The position numbers were made by a program, and so were the translations under genes. From Phycisphaerae bacterium (lineage in GTDB: Bacteria > Planctomycetota > Phycisphaerae > JAJVII01), in assembly GCA_022072085.1 (NCBI GenBank), contig JAJVII010000008.1, forward strand, positions 64,920 to 128,919: a DNA stretch of 64,000 nucleotides, in the 5' to 3' direction. The notes under the pieces are model-generated. The model saw only the letters and a list, made by a program, of their open reading frames with translations. It ran no database searches and was not told where the DNA came from. Shown in pieces: positions 1 to 8,303 of the stretch. Within the stretch, counting starts at the first letter, position 1; each line of letters starts with the position of its first letter.

Positions 1-1550
1 GCCCGCTCCAGGTGCGGGCCAGCCGTCTTCTGCGCGAAGTAATGGTCGAAGTCGACGCAGTGGAACCCGGTCGCGCGGATGACCCGCTGCCCGCCGCCCA
101 GCCAGCCCCACTTGTCGGGATAGCGCTGCTTCATGTACGCCGACCGCTCGCCGGGCGCCATCACCAGCAGGCTGTTGCTGGAGACAGTCTGCACCTGGTA
201 GCCGAGGCGGTGCTCGCCCAAATACTCGCCGTAGTACCCGGTCTGCGGCGACAGGACGCCGCCGCGCTGGATGACGAAGCTGCCCGTGTCGTAGTGGTCG
301 TGGTGCGCGAGCAGGTCGCCGGCCTTGAAACTGGCGTAGAGTTCGTCCGCATCGCCGAACCGCCCGCGCATGAACGCGACGCCGTAGCTGTCGCGTCCGA
401 AGAGCATGGCCTGCGGCATGTGGGTGCGCATCCAGAGTTCGGGACGGACCGGGTCGTAATCGCCGCCCGCGCGGGCCGACGGGTCGTAGGTGACCACAAC
501 GTTCCAGTAGTACTTCCGCCGCCCATAGGGGTCCGGCGAGCGGCTGCGGAAATAATCGCCCGCCGCCGCCAGCAACGGGTCGCGCGACAGCTTGGCGTAG
601 TGATCGGTCGTCAGACACCACCAGCCGGTGTCGCCCAGGTGCAGAGAGCCGGCGCTGTCGCCGTAGGGCTCGAACACGCCGTCGGGCCCGTACTGGTAGA
701 GCTGCCACCGCCCGATCGTCCGCATCACGTCGCGAATCCGGACGTCGCCGGCGACGTCCGTGCCCGTCGCGGTGATGTAGCAGTCAGCCGCCAGCGGATA
801 GGGCCCCGCGCGGTTGTAGATCCAGTAGCTCGCCCCTTCGGGCCAGCCGCCGCTGTAGCGCAGCGCCTTAAGCTCGTCCAGCCAGTGGGCCGTCGCGCGG
901 CGGAGCGTCGCGTCGTTCACGCCGCCGTCGCCCGCGAGGCAGAGGGCCGCCGTCATCACGCCGTTGGCCGCCTGGTTTCGCCCGTGCCAGACGGCCTTGC
1001 CTTCGCCGTCCAGCTCGTGCAGTTCCGTGCCGATCCGCTCGCGAATGACGGCGGCAGCCTTGGCTCGCGCGTCGGTCGTCATCAGCGGATGGTGATAGAG
1101 CCAGTCCCACGCCAACGCGTACGACCAGACCAGCGGATAATACGGCTCATTGCTTCGGCCCAGCGGCTGGGTCAGCATCGTGTGGATCGCCGCGGCGGCG
1201 TAGCGGTCGTCGCCGGAGACGATCCAGCAGGCGGCGTCGGCGGCCGGGTGCTGCTTGCCCGGTTCGACGGCAAGGGCCTTGTCCATGATGGCCTTGAACG
1301 TCGCGTCCTGCCGGTAGAGCCGCCGCACCTCGTCGAACGTTCTGCCGGCGCCGGGCCGGTCTGCTGCCCGGAAGATGCAGCGCGGGTGGCCCGCGTAGAC
1401 CGCCGGCGTCAGGTCGGTCGTCGGGGGATGGTTGCGGGCGGGTACGATCCAGAATCCGTTGTCGTCAGCCGGCGCGGGCCTGGGCGCGGCGCAGCCGCCC
1501 GCCGGCAGGATCGCGACAACAGCGAGGCAAAGCATCAGGCGTGGGCGCAT
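1..1550 (-). CDS. Heparinase II/III-like polysaccharide lyase, probable lipoprotein (3' part runs off the window; missing from the ORF track)
   Basis: Manual translation from ATG 1550 (GGAGG RBS upstream) is open to base 1: MRPRLMLCLAVVAILPAGGC..., YALAWDWLY, GGWPEGASYW, FKAGDLLAHHDHYDTGSFVI, LGGGQR. These motifs are typical of the heparinase II/III family. Confidence 0.75.
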   Translation of the reverse strand, partial: MRPRLMLCLAVVAILPAGGCAAPRPAPADDNGFWIVPARNHPPTTDLTPAVYAGHPRCIFRAADRPGAGRTFDEVRRLYRQDATFKAIMDKALAVEPGKQHPAADAACWIVSGDDRYAAAAIHTMLTQPLGRSNEPYYPLVWSYALAWDWLYHHPLMTTDARAKAAAVIRERIGTELHELDGEGKAVWHGRNQAANGVMTAALCLAGDGGVNDATLRRATAHWLDELKALRYSGGWPEGASYWIYNRAGPYPLAADCYITATGTDVAGDVRIRDVMRTIGRWQLYQYGPDGVFEPYGDSAGSLHLGDTGWWCLTTDHYAKLSRDPLLAAAGDYFRSRSPDPYGRRKYYWNVVVTYDPSARAGGDYDPVRPELWMRTHMPQAMLFGRDSYGVAFMRGRFGDADELYASFKAGDLLAHHDHYDTGSFVIQRGGVLSPQTGYYGEYLGEHRLGYQVQTVSSNSLLVMAPGERSAYMKQRYPDKWGWLGGGQRVIRATGFHCVDFDHYFAQKTAGPHLER

Positions 1551-1609
1551 GCGGACCTCCTGGGATGCAAACACGCGACGGGGGCCCATTGTATCGTCGC
1601 AGGCGGTCG

Positions 1610-1641
1610 CGGTCTTCGGCCAACCCCGTCGCTTGCGACGG
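1610..1641. repeat. REP-like palindromic element, copy 1
   Basis: CGGTCTTCGGCCAACCCCGTCGCTTGCGACGG; a near-identical inverted copy lies at 17079-17113. Confidence 0.7.
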
Positions 1642-1794
1642 CGGGCCGCTTGCGATGAAGATGCGACGGCCCGGATTTCAGCGCCATCCGTCATTTCACG
1701 CGCGGGCCCGCAAACATACAATGCGAGGCGGTTGACGGGAAACTTGAGCGTGCTAAGCTGGTAGTCTTGCTTCTACTGTCGGAGGTCGCGGGCA

Positions 1795-2973
1795 ATGACT
1801 GGACGAAACGGGTTGACGGTCGCCTTGGCGGCGCTGGGTCTGGCGGTGATGGCCGCGGTGGCCCTGTCGGCTGGAGGCGATTCCGAAACCGCCTCCCAGC
1901 CTCAGGCGCCGGGCGCCCGGCCGCAGCCGACTGACGCGGCGCTGCTGGCCGAGATCGACGCAACCAAGCCCGAGGAGTATTTCAACCTGCGGGCGGAAGT
2001 GGCCGCCGACAAGAAGATATATTTCGCTGGCGAGCCGGTATGGGCCGAGTTCCGCATCCGCAACGAATCCGAGCACGCCGTCAGGCTGTCGCTCCCGGGC
2101 CAGCCGGCGCAGAAGATCGGCGAGCAGTACGTGCTCGCGGGCCTCCCGCTGGCGCACGTGTTCAGCCGGGACCCGGGCGGCCCGGACCCGCAGGCCGGCC
2201 GCTGCCTGATCATCAACCCCGCGTCGGACATGATTACGACGGTGGACGACATCGTCGCCTACAAGCCGGACCACGCGGTCCCGCCGGTCGTGATCCGTCC
2301 GCACGGCGTGGTGGGGCGGCGGGTCCGCCTGGACGAGTTCTACCCCTGCATGCGGAAGCCCGGCGATTACCTGGTCCAGTGGCGGCCCTATCACGACGCC
2401 CTGCGGTCGATGCGAGAGGAGTTCCGGATCATGGCCAAGGAAGAGGCGGTCATCGCGACGAGCCTGGGCGACATGCGCCTGGGATTCCTGTACGACAAAG
2501 CGCCCAACCACGTCGAAAACTTCCTGGATCTGGCCCGCGGCGGCTTCTACGACGGGCAGCGGTTCCACCGCGTGATCGAGGACTTCATGATCCAGACCGG
2601 CGACCCCCTGACCAAGGAAGACGCCAAGCGGCAGCTCTGGGGCCGGGGCCGCGGACCGCGGACGCTCCAGCAGGAATTCAGCGACACGCCGTTCAAACCG
2701 GGCACGCTGGGCATGGCCCGCGGGCCGGACGTGAACAGCGCATCCAGCCAGTTCTTCATCGTCACCGGGCAGGCGGCGCACCTCAACAGCAACTACACGG
2801 CGTTCGGGTACCTGACGGACCAGACATCGCTGGACGTCGCACTGAAGATTTCGCGCGTGCAGGTGAACCACGAGGCCGGCGACTGCCCGGTCCAGGACGT
2901 GGTCGTCAAGAAGGTGACCGTCGTGCCGGTCGGCCCGTATGACAAGGCGGCAACGACGCAGCCGGACCGGTGA
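1795..2973 (+). CDS. Exported cyclophilin-type peptidyl-prolyl cis-trans isomerase with N-terminal extra domain
   Basis: Signal peptide; C-terminal FYDGQRFHRVIEDFMIQTGDP, GMARGPDVNSASSQFFI, HLNSNYTAFG; GGAGG RBS. Confidence 0.92.
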   Translation: MTGRNGLTVALAALGLAVMAAVALSAGGDSETASQPQAPGARPQPTDAALLAEIDATKPEEYFNLRAEVAADKKIYFAGEPVWAEFRIRNESEHAVRLSLPGQPAQKIGEQYVLAGLPLAHVFSRDPGGPDPQAGRCLIINPASDMITTVDDIVAYKPDHAVPPVVIRPHGVVGRRVRLDEFYPCMRKPGDYLVQWRPYHDALRSMREEFRIMAKEEAVIATSLGDMRLGFLYDKAPNHVENFLDLARGGFYDGQRFHRVIEDFMIQTGDPLTKEDAKRQLWGRGRGPRTLQQEFSDTPFKPGTLGMARGPDVNSASSQFFIVTGQAAHLNSNYTAFGYLTDQTSLDVALKISRVQVNHEAGDCPVQDVVVKKVTVVPVGPYDKAATTQPDR

Positions 2974-2993
2974 CGCGAATGAGCGGCAGGGAC

Positions 2994-3030
2994 CACCAAA
3001 GCCCAGGGAACTGACCCCTGGGCTTTGGTG
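2994..3030. terminator. Perfect 15-bp hairpin (terminator or REP-like)
   Basis: CACCAAAGCCCAGGG-AACTGAC-CCCTGGGCTTTGGTG, located between the cyclophilin gene and greA. Confidence 0.65.
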
Positions 3031-3107
3031 CTATGGAGTTTTCGGATTCTACCCCCGGCGGTCGCGACAGGCGGCCGCAGGCGGGAGGCTCTTAGAGGAA
3101 AGCGAAT

Positions 3108-5330
3108 ATGAGCGAACTGATGCAGGTGATCAAGAACGGCGAGCAGGCCCAGTGGGACCAGGCCTTCGCGACCGCGGCGGCCGAGGGCAATCCCGCCCGC
3201 GACGCCGAGATGTTCGAAGCGCTGGAGTTCCTCAACTCCACCCGCCGCTCCGACGCCGCGGAAGTCCTCGCGTGGGGGTGGCTCACCTCGTTGTCCAAGA
3301 ACCGCCCGCTGGCTGACGCCGTCGCCATCGGCGGGCGCCTGCTGCTGCTCTGTCCCGGCAGCAGCCAGATCCGCACGGACCTGGCCGACGTCTACCGCGC
3401 CGCCCACGGCGAGCGCGACGACCTGGCCGCCTGGCTCGACGCCAGCGGACTGACCGGTGAAAAGGTTCCGCCCCATCGCGCCCTGCGGACGCTGGACCTG
3501 ATGCTCTCGATCAACGCCGGCGACTGGCTGGTCGAACGCATCCTGCCCGGCGCCGAGCACCCGCTGCGCGAGCGCGTCGCCGAGGTCGTCGACATCTCGG
3601 CCGCATCGGACGCGGTCACCATCCGCGTCACCGGCGGCGTCGAGGAGGAGCGGACTTCCCTGCGGCTGGCCGACGAATGGCAGCGGGCCGACGAGAACTG
3701 CTACTGCCTGCTGGCCCGGCGCGACCGCGAGCGTCTGGTCGGGCTGATCGGCTCGGACCCGCTGGCGGTGCTGGTGTCGGCGATCCGCGGCGCGGGCGGC
3801 CGAATCGACCAGGAGCAACTTCGCGCGGCCTTGGCGCCGGCGTTCATGCCCGACAGCGACTGGAGCAAGTGGTGGTCGCGGGCCCGCAACGCCGCCAAGA
3901 GGAACCCGCACATCCGCATCGAAGGCCGCATGCCCGCGGTGCTCGTCTACGACGAGGTCGGCGTGACGCTCGAAGCCGAGACGCTGGACACGCTGGGCAA
4001 AGCCAAGACGCCGGCCGCCCGACTGGGCGTCGTCGAGGGCTACCTCCGCACGCGCGGGGGGGCGCCTGACAAGGAATTCCTCAACGAGGTCGCCCGGCTG
4101 GCGACCAGTTGGGTCGCGGGCAAGTCGCAGCGATTCGCCAACGCCCTGGCAGCCTATCGCCTCAACGACCTGGGCGTGCCGGTGGACGAGACGGCAACGG
4201 AACTGGCCATCAAGCACCTGGCCGACGTCGAAGATGCCGCCGATCTGATCCGCTCGCTGGACGACGACAGCCTGTGGGCCGTCGCGCTGGACCTGCTCCG
4301 TGAAGCCAAGCCCGTCGCCCCCGGCGGTCCGGCCCACGGCGACTGGCAGGCGATCTACCTCGAACTGCTGCCCAAGGCGCCGACCGCCTGCTGCGACCGG
4401 ATCGCGGCTGCCCTGCTGGGCGCGGGGCAGACCGAGCGGCTCAACGCCGAAGTCCTCGTCATCGTCGAGTCGCCGGTGGAGTCCATCGACGCGCTCTGCT
4501 GGCTTTGGAACCGGCCGGCTGACTCCGACAAGATGCAGTTGCCGAGCTCCGGAGAAATCCTCGGCCAGTTGCTCGGCCTGCTGCGGCACGCCCTGGTGCT
4601 GGCCGACACCGACAGCGCCCAAGCCAAGTTCATCCGCGGCAAGGTCCGCTCGGCCTTGTCGGCCCGCGGGTACGGTGCTTTCGCGGCCCACCTGGAGACG
4701 ATCGACGCAGCGATGGCTGAGCCGCTGCGGCGGCAGCTCCAGCGGGTCGAGGGGATCGGCTCGACCGTGCCCGAGCGGCTGCTGGCGATGCTCAATGAGC
4801 GTCACCCGCCGCGGCGCGTGGTCAAGACCGTGCCGCAGTGGCTGGAAGAGGACGTGATCTACTGCTCGCCCGAAGCCCTCCGGGGCCGCGAGCGCGAGCT
4901 GGAGCACATCCAGAACGTGGAGATGCCGGCCAACGCCGTCGCAATCGGACGGGCAGCCAGCTACGGCGACCTGTCGGAGAACAGCGAATACAAGTACGCC
5001 CTGGAGGAGCGAGACCTGCTGCGGGCCCGGGCGGCCCGGATCGCCAACGAGCTGGCGATGGCCCGCACGATCCACCCCGGCGAAGTCCCCGCGGACCACG
5101 TCGCCATCTACAGCCGCGTACAGCTGCAACTGGCCGGCGACGACCAGGCCAAGCTGATACAGATCGTCAGCCCGTGGGACAGCGACGTGACGGCCGGCCG
5201 CTTCAACTATAAGGCCCCGCTCAGCCAGCAACTGCTGGGCAAGAAGCCCGGCGAGCGGGTGACGCTGTCGTTTGACGGCGGTCCGGAGCAGCAGTTCACC
5301 ATCGCCGGCGTGCTGCCGCCGCAGGCGTAA
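3108..5330 (+). CDS. greA: GreA/GreB-family transcription elongation factor with long helical N-terminal extension
   Basis: C-terminal AASYGDLSENSEYKYA and APLSQQLLGKKPGE motifs; about 580-aa N-terminal extension as in PVC and spirochaete GreA. Confidence 0.88.
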   Translation: MSELMQVIKNGEQAQWDQAFATAAAEGNPARDAEMFEALEFLNSTRRSDAAEVLAWGWLTSLSKNRPLADAVAIGGRLLLLCPGSSQIRTDLADVYRAAHGERDDLAAWLDASGLTGEKVPPHRALRTLDLMLSINAGDWLVERILPGAEHPLRERVAEVVDISAASDAVTIRVTGGVEEERTSLRLADEWQRADENCYCLLARRDRERLVGLIGSDPLAVLVSAIRGAGGRIDQEQLRAALAPAFMPDSDWSKWWSRARNAAKRNPHIRIEGRMPAVLVYDEVGVTLEAETLDTLGKAKTPAARLGVVEGYLRTRGGAPDKEFLNEVARLATSWVAGKSQRFANALAAYRLNDLGVPVDETATELAIKHLADVEDAADLIRSLDDDSLWAVALDLLREAKPVAPGGPAHGDWQAIYLELLPKAPTACCDRIAAALLGAGQTERLNAEVLVIVESPVESIDALCWLWNRPADSDKMQLPSSGEILGQLLGLLRHALVLADTDSAQAKFIRGKVRSALSARGYGAFAAHLETIDAAMAEPLRRQLQRVEGIGSTVPERLLAMLNERHPPRRVVKTVPQWLEEDVIYCSPEALRGRERELEHIQNVEMPANAVAIGRAASYGDLSENSEYKYALEERDLLRARAARIANELAMARTIHPGEVPADHVAIYSRVQLQLAGDDQAKLIQIVSPWDSDVTAGRFNYKAPLSQQLLGKKPGERVTLSFDGGPEQQFTIAGVLPPQA

Positions 5331-5340
5331 GAGATGAGCA

Positions 5341-5369
5341 TTGGCAACGCCGAGGCCATCCGTTATACT
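5341..5369 (+). promoter_or_regulatory. Sigma70 promoter of the SRP RNA
   Basis: TTGGCA-N17-TATACT, ending 6 nt before the RNA 5' end. Confidence 0.8.
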
Positions 5370-5375
5370 AAGACT

Positions 5376-5644
5376 GGCCGTGCTAGGTGGGGCGCTGGCG
5401 GTGCCTCGCACCTGCAATCCGCCTCAGCAGGGCTGAATTCCCCGTAGAGGGAAGTCCGTGCCCGGCCTCTGGGGCGGCACGGGGCGATGACAATCGGGTC
5501 CTATGCAACGGAGCTGCGTGAACCTGGTCAGGTCCGGAAGGAAGCAGCCATAAGCGATTCGTTCCGTGTGCCGTAGGGCAACCCGATTCGAGCCACCGAC
5601 CGTTTCATGCTGCGTGCGTCCTTTTCGAAGCGGGGTGCACGGCC
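5376..5644 (+). ncRNA. ffs: Large (Alu-domain) bacterial SRP RNA
   Basis: Helix-8 motif GTCAGGTCCGGAAGGAAGCAGC; 5' GGCCGTGC pairs with 3' GCACGGCC; 5' Alu segment GCGGTGCC..ACCTGCAATCCGC..AGCAGGGC resembles B. subtilis scRNA; located upstream of dnaX. Confidence 0.95.
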
Positions 5645-5647
5645 TTT

Positions 5648-5692
5648 ATGACGGGCGATCCCGGAAGCCCCGGGGTCGCCCGCCATCTTTTT
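5648..5692 (+). terminator. Intrinsic terminator after the SRP RNA
   Basis: ATGACGGGCGATCCCGG / CCGGGGTCGCCCGCCAT stem followed by CTTTTT. Confidence 0.8.
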
Positions 5693-5796
5693 CCGACTCG
5701 GCTGGCCGACCGCTGGAACGCCGACGAAGCCTCTGGTAAGATGTCTCGCGTCACGACGTAACACGGTTCCCGCAGACTCTCAAAGCCAATCGTTCA

Positions 5797-7584
5797 ATGA
5801 GCTACACGGTCCTTGCACGGCGATACCGGTCGAAAGACTTCGACGACCTGATCGGTCAGGAGCCGATCTCCCAGACGCTGCGCAACGCGATCGAGACCAA
5901 CCGCGTCGCACACGCCTATCTGTTCTGCGGCACGCGCGGCGTCGGCAAGACGAGCATGGCCCGCATCCTGGCCAAGGCCCTCAACTGCGAGAAGGGCCCG
6001 ACCGTCAAGCCCTGCAACACCTGTGACCGCTGCAAGGCCATCGCCGCCGGCGAGGACATCGACGTCATCGAGATCGACGGCGCCTCCAACCGCGGCATCG
6101 ACGACATCCGCGAGCTGCGCAACAACGCGATCTACCGCCCGGCCCGCTCGCCCAACAAGATCTACATCATCGACGAGGTCCACCAGGTCACGCGCGACGC
6201 GTTCAACGCGCTGCTCAAGACCCTGGAGGAGCCACCCGACCACGTCAAGTTCATCTTCGCGACCACCGAGCCGCAGAAGGTTCCCGAGACCATCCGCTCA
6301 CGCTGCCAGGAGTTCAGCTTCGGGCCGATCTCGACCGACAAGATCGCCGCCCGGCTGGGCGAGATCCTCAAGGCCGAGAAGATCAAGGCCTCTCCCGAGG
6401 TCGTCGCCCGCGTCGCCCGCGCAGGGCGCGGCTCGATGCGCGACGCCCTGAGCATGATGGATCAGCTCCTGGCGATGGGCGCCGACGCGGTCACCGAGCA
6501 GATGGTCCAGTACCTCCTCGGCCAGCCGGCGTCGGAACGCCTCGGCGAACTGGTCGACGCCCTGGCCGACGGCGACGCAGCCGCCGCCCTGACGCGGACA
6601 GACGCCCTGCTGTCGGCCGGCTACGCCCCGGAGCAATTTGTCGTCACGACCATCGAATTCCTCCGCCAGCTCATGCTGCTCGCGGTCGTCGGCGAGAAGT
6701 GCGAGTTCCTGGACGTCGCATCGGCGGACCGCGAGAAGCTGGCCGCCCAGGCCGCCCGGTTCTCGCCTGTCACGCTGGTCTACATGATCCAGCTTCTGGA
6801 GCACCTGCGGCAGTCGGTGCGGGCCTCGACGACCGCGGCCCGGGCGCTGATCGACGCGGCCATGGTCCGGCTGGCGCTGGCCGACCAGTTCGCCGACACG
6901 GCCGAGCTGGTCGAGCGGCTGACCACCGGCGGCACGGCCCCGGACGGACCGGCAGCCGGCGCGGCAGCGGCGGTGACCGGCGCAAAAAAAAAATGGGACC
7001 GCCCGGCCGAGGTAGCCCCCCACGCCCCGGCCGATGACGTCCCCGACCGTGCGGCAGCCGCCGCGCCTTCTGTCGCCGCCAACGGCGCGGCAACGGTCAA
7101 CGGCGAGTTGGGCCCGCCGCTGCTGGGCGCGGGTGATGATCTGTCGGCCCTGCCGCTTGACGCCCTGTGGAACGACGTGATCGGCCGACTGGCCGCCGCC
7201 CGGCTGGCGCAGTTGTCGGCCCCGCTGCGATACACGCGGCTGGCGTCGGTCGAGGGCGACACGCTGACGGTTTCAGTGCGGCGGGAATACGTGGCCGTGC
7301 TCAGTTCGGCCAAGCAGCAGGAGCGGCTGATCGAAGTGCTCGGCCGACTGCTGGACCGCCGCGTGCGGCTGAAATGGGAACAGGTGGCCGACGGCCCCGC
7401 CCCGACTGCCCGGGAGCAGGCCGCAACGCCGCCGCCTGCACCGCCGACCGGAAGAATCAACAAGCAGGAGATGGACCAGATCACTTCGGACGGGACGATC
7501 CGCGAGGTAATGCACCTGTTCAACGCGGCGGTGGTGAGCGTGGAGAAGCGACCGGCGGACGCGAACGGGACGGGCCCCAAGTGA
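5797..7584 (+). CDS. dnaX: DNA polymerase III subunit tau/gamma
   Basis: LARRYRS, GTRGVGKT Walker A, CNTCDRC Zn motif, IIDEVH, SRC motif. Confidence 0.98.
   Translation: MSYTVLARRYRSKDFDDLIGQEPISQTLRNAIETNRVAHAYLFCGTRGVGKTSMARILAKALNCEKGPTVKPCNTCDRCKAIAAGEDIDVIEIDGASNRGIDDIRELRNNAIYRPARSPNKIYIIDEVHQVTRDAFNALLKTLEEPPDHVKFIFATTEPQKVPETIRSRCQEFSFGPISTDKIAARLGEILKAEKIKASPEVVARVARAGRGSMRDALSMMDQLLAMGADAVTEQMVQYLLGQPASERLGELVDALADGDAAAALTRTDALLSAGYAPEQFVVTTIEFLRQLMLLAVVGEKCEFLDVASADREKLAAQAARFSPVTLVYMIQLLEHLRQSVRASTTAARALIDAAMVRLALADQFADTAELVERLTTGGTAPDGPAAGAAAAVTGAKKKWDRPAEVAPHAPADDVPDRAAAAAPSVAANGAATVNGELGPPLLGAGDDLSALPLDALWNDVIGRLAAARLAQLSAPLRYTRLASVEGDTLTVSVRREYVAVLSSAKQQERLIEVLGRLLDRRVRLKWEQVADGPAPTAREQAATPPPAPPTGRINKQEMDQITSDGTIREVMHLFNAAVVSVEKRPADANGTGPK
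6984..6993 (+). other. A10 run: candidate transcriptional slippage or frameshift site producing DnaX gamma
   Basis: GCA AAA AAA AAA TGG in a GC-rich gene that otherwise uses mostly AAG; stops at 7013-7015 and 7035-7037 in the two shifted frames. Confidence 0.75.
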
Positions 7585-7690
7585 GCATCGGACATCGGGC
7601 GGCCTATCATAAGCCGCACGGACAAGTTAAGCCGGCCGGGCAACCGGTCGATTGAAATGAGGGCGGCCACGGGTCGTCCTCCGCACCGAT

Positions 7691-8296
7691 ATGAGTAGCG
7701 GATACACAGAGACGATGCAGCGTCTGATCGAGCGGTTGGGCACGCTGCCGGGCGTGGGGGCGCGGTCGGCTGAGCGGATCGCCTTTCACCTGCTGCGGGC
7801 CGAGCCGGAAGAGGCTATGGCCCTGGCCCGTGCGATCAGCGATCTGAAGACGCGGACGCGGCACTGCACGCGGTGCTTCAACCTGACCGAACAGGACCCC
7901 TGCGGGATCTGCACGGACGACCGGCGGGACCAGAAGACGATCTGCGTCGTCGAGCAGCCGAAGGACCTGATCAGCATAGAATCGACAGGCGCCTATCGCG
8001 GCGTGTATCATGTGTTGATGGGACACCTGTCGCCGCTGGAGGGCGTGGAGCCCGAGGATCTGACAATCGGCGACCTAGTCGGCCGGGTGAAGCGGGAGCA
8101 GACCGCGGAAGTGATCCTGGCGACCAACCCGACCATGGAAGGCGACGGCACGGCGTTGCACATCACGTCGCTGCTGTCAGGGACGGGGGTCGCGATCACC
8201 CGTCTGGCACGCGGGGTGCCCAGCGGGTCGCAACTGGAGTATGCCAACCGATCGATGCTCGCAGACGCCCTGTCCGGGCGTCAGAAGCTGGGTTGA
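7691..8296 (+). CDS. recR: Recombination mediator RecR
   Basis: LPGVGARSAERIA helix-hairpin-helix, CTRC...CGIC Zn finger, TOPRIM motif ILATNPTMEGDGTA. Confidence 0.97.
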   Translation: MSSGYTETMQRLIERLGTLPGVGARSAERIAFHLLRAEPEEAMALARAISDLKTRTRHCTRCFNLTEQDPCGICTDDRRDQKTICVVEQPKDLISIESTGAYRGVYHVLMGHLSPLEGVEPEDLTIGDLVGRVKREQTAEVILATNPTMEGDGTALHITSLLSGTGVAITRLARGVPSGSQLEYANRSMLADALSGRQKLG

Positions 8297-8303
8297 GTGA
8301 AGA

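Noticed and set aside
12..1658. 548-aa + strand ORF and many other long antisense or alternative-frame ORFs (e.g. 2793-5417, 18021-20039, 46451-49186)
   Set aside because: Shadow ORFs expected in high-GC DNA; they overlap genes with recognisable motifs and have Arg/Ala/Gly-rich composition without any motif.
8205..8220. TGGCAC-N5-GTGC sigma54-like box inside recR upstream of rpoN
   Set aside because: It encodes the conserved LARGVP peptide and has an imperfect -12 element; likely coincidental.
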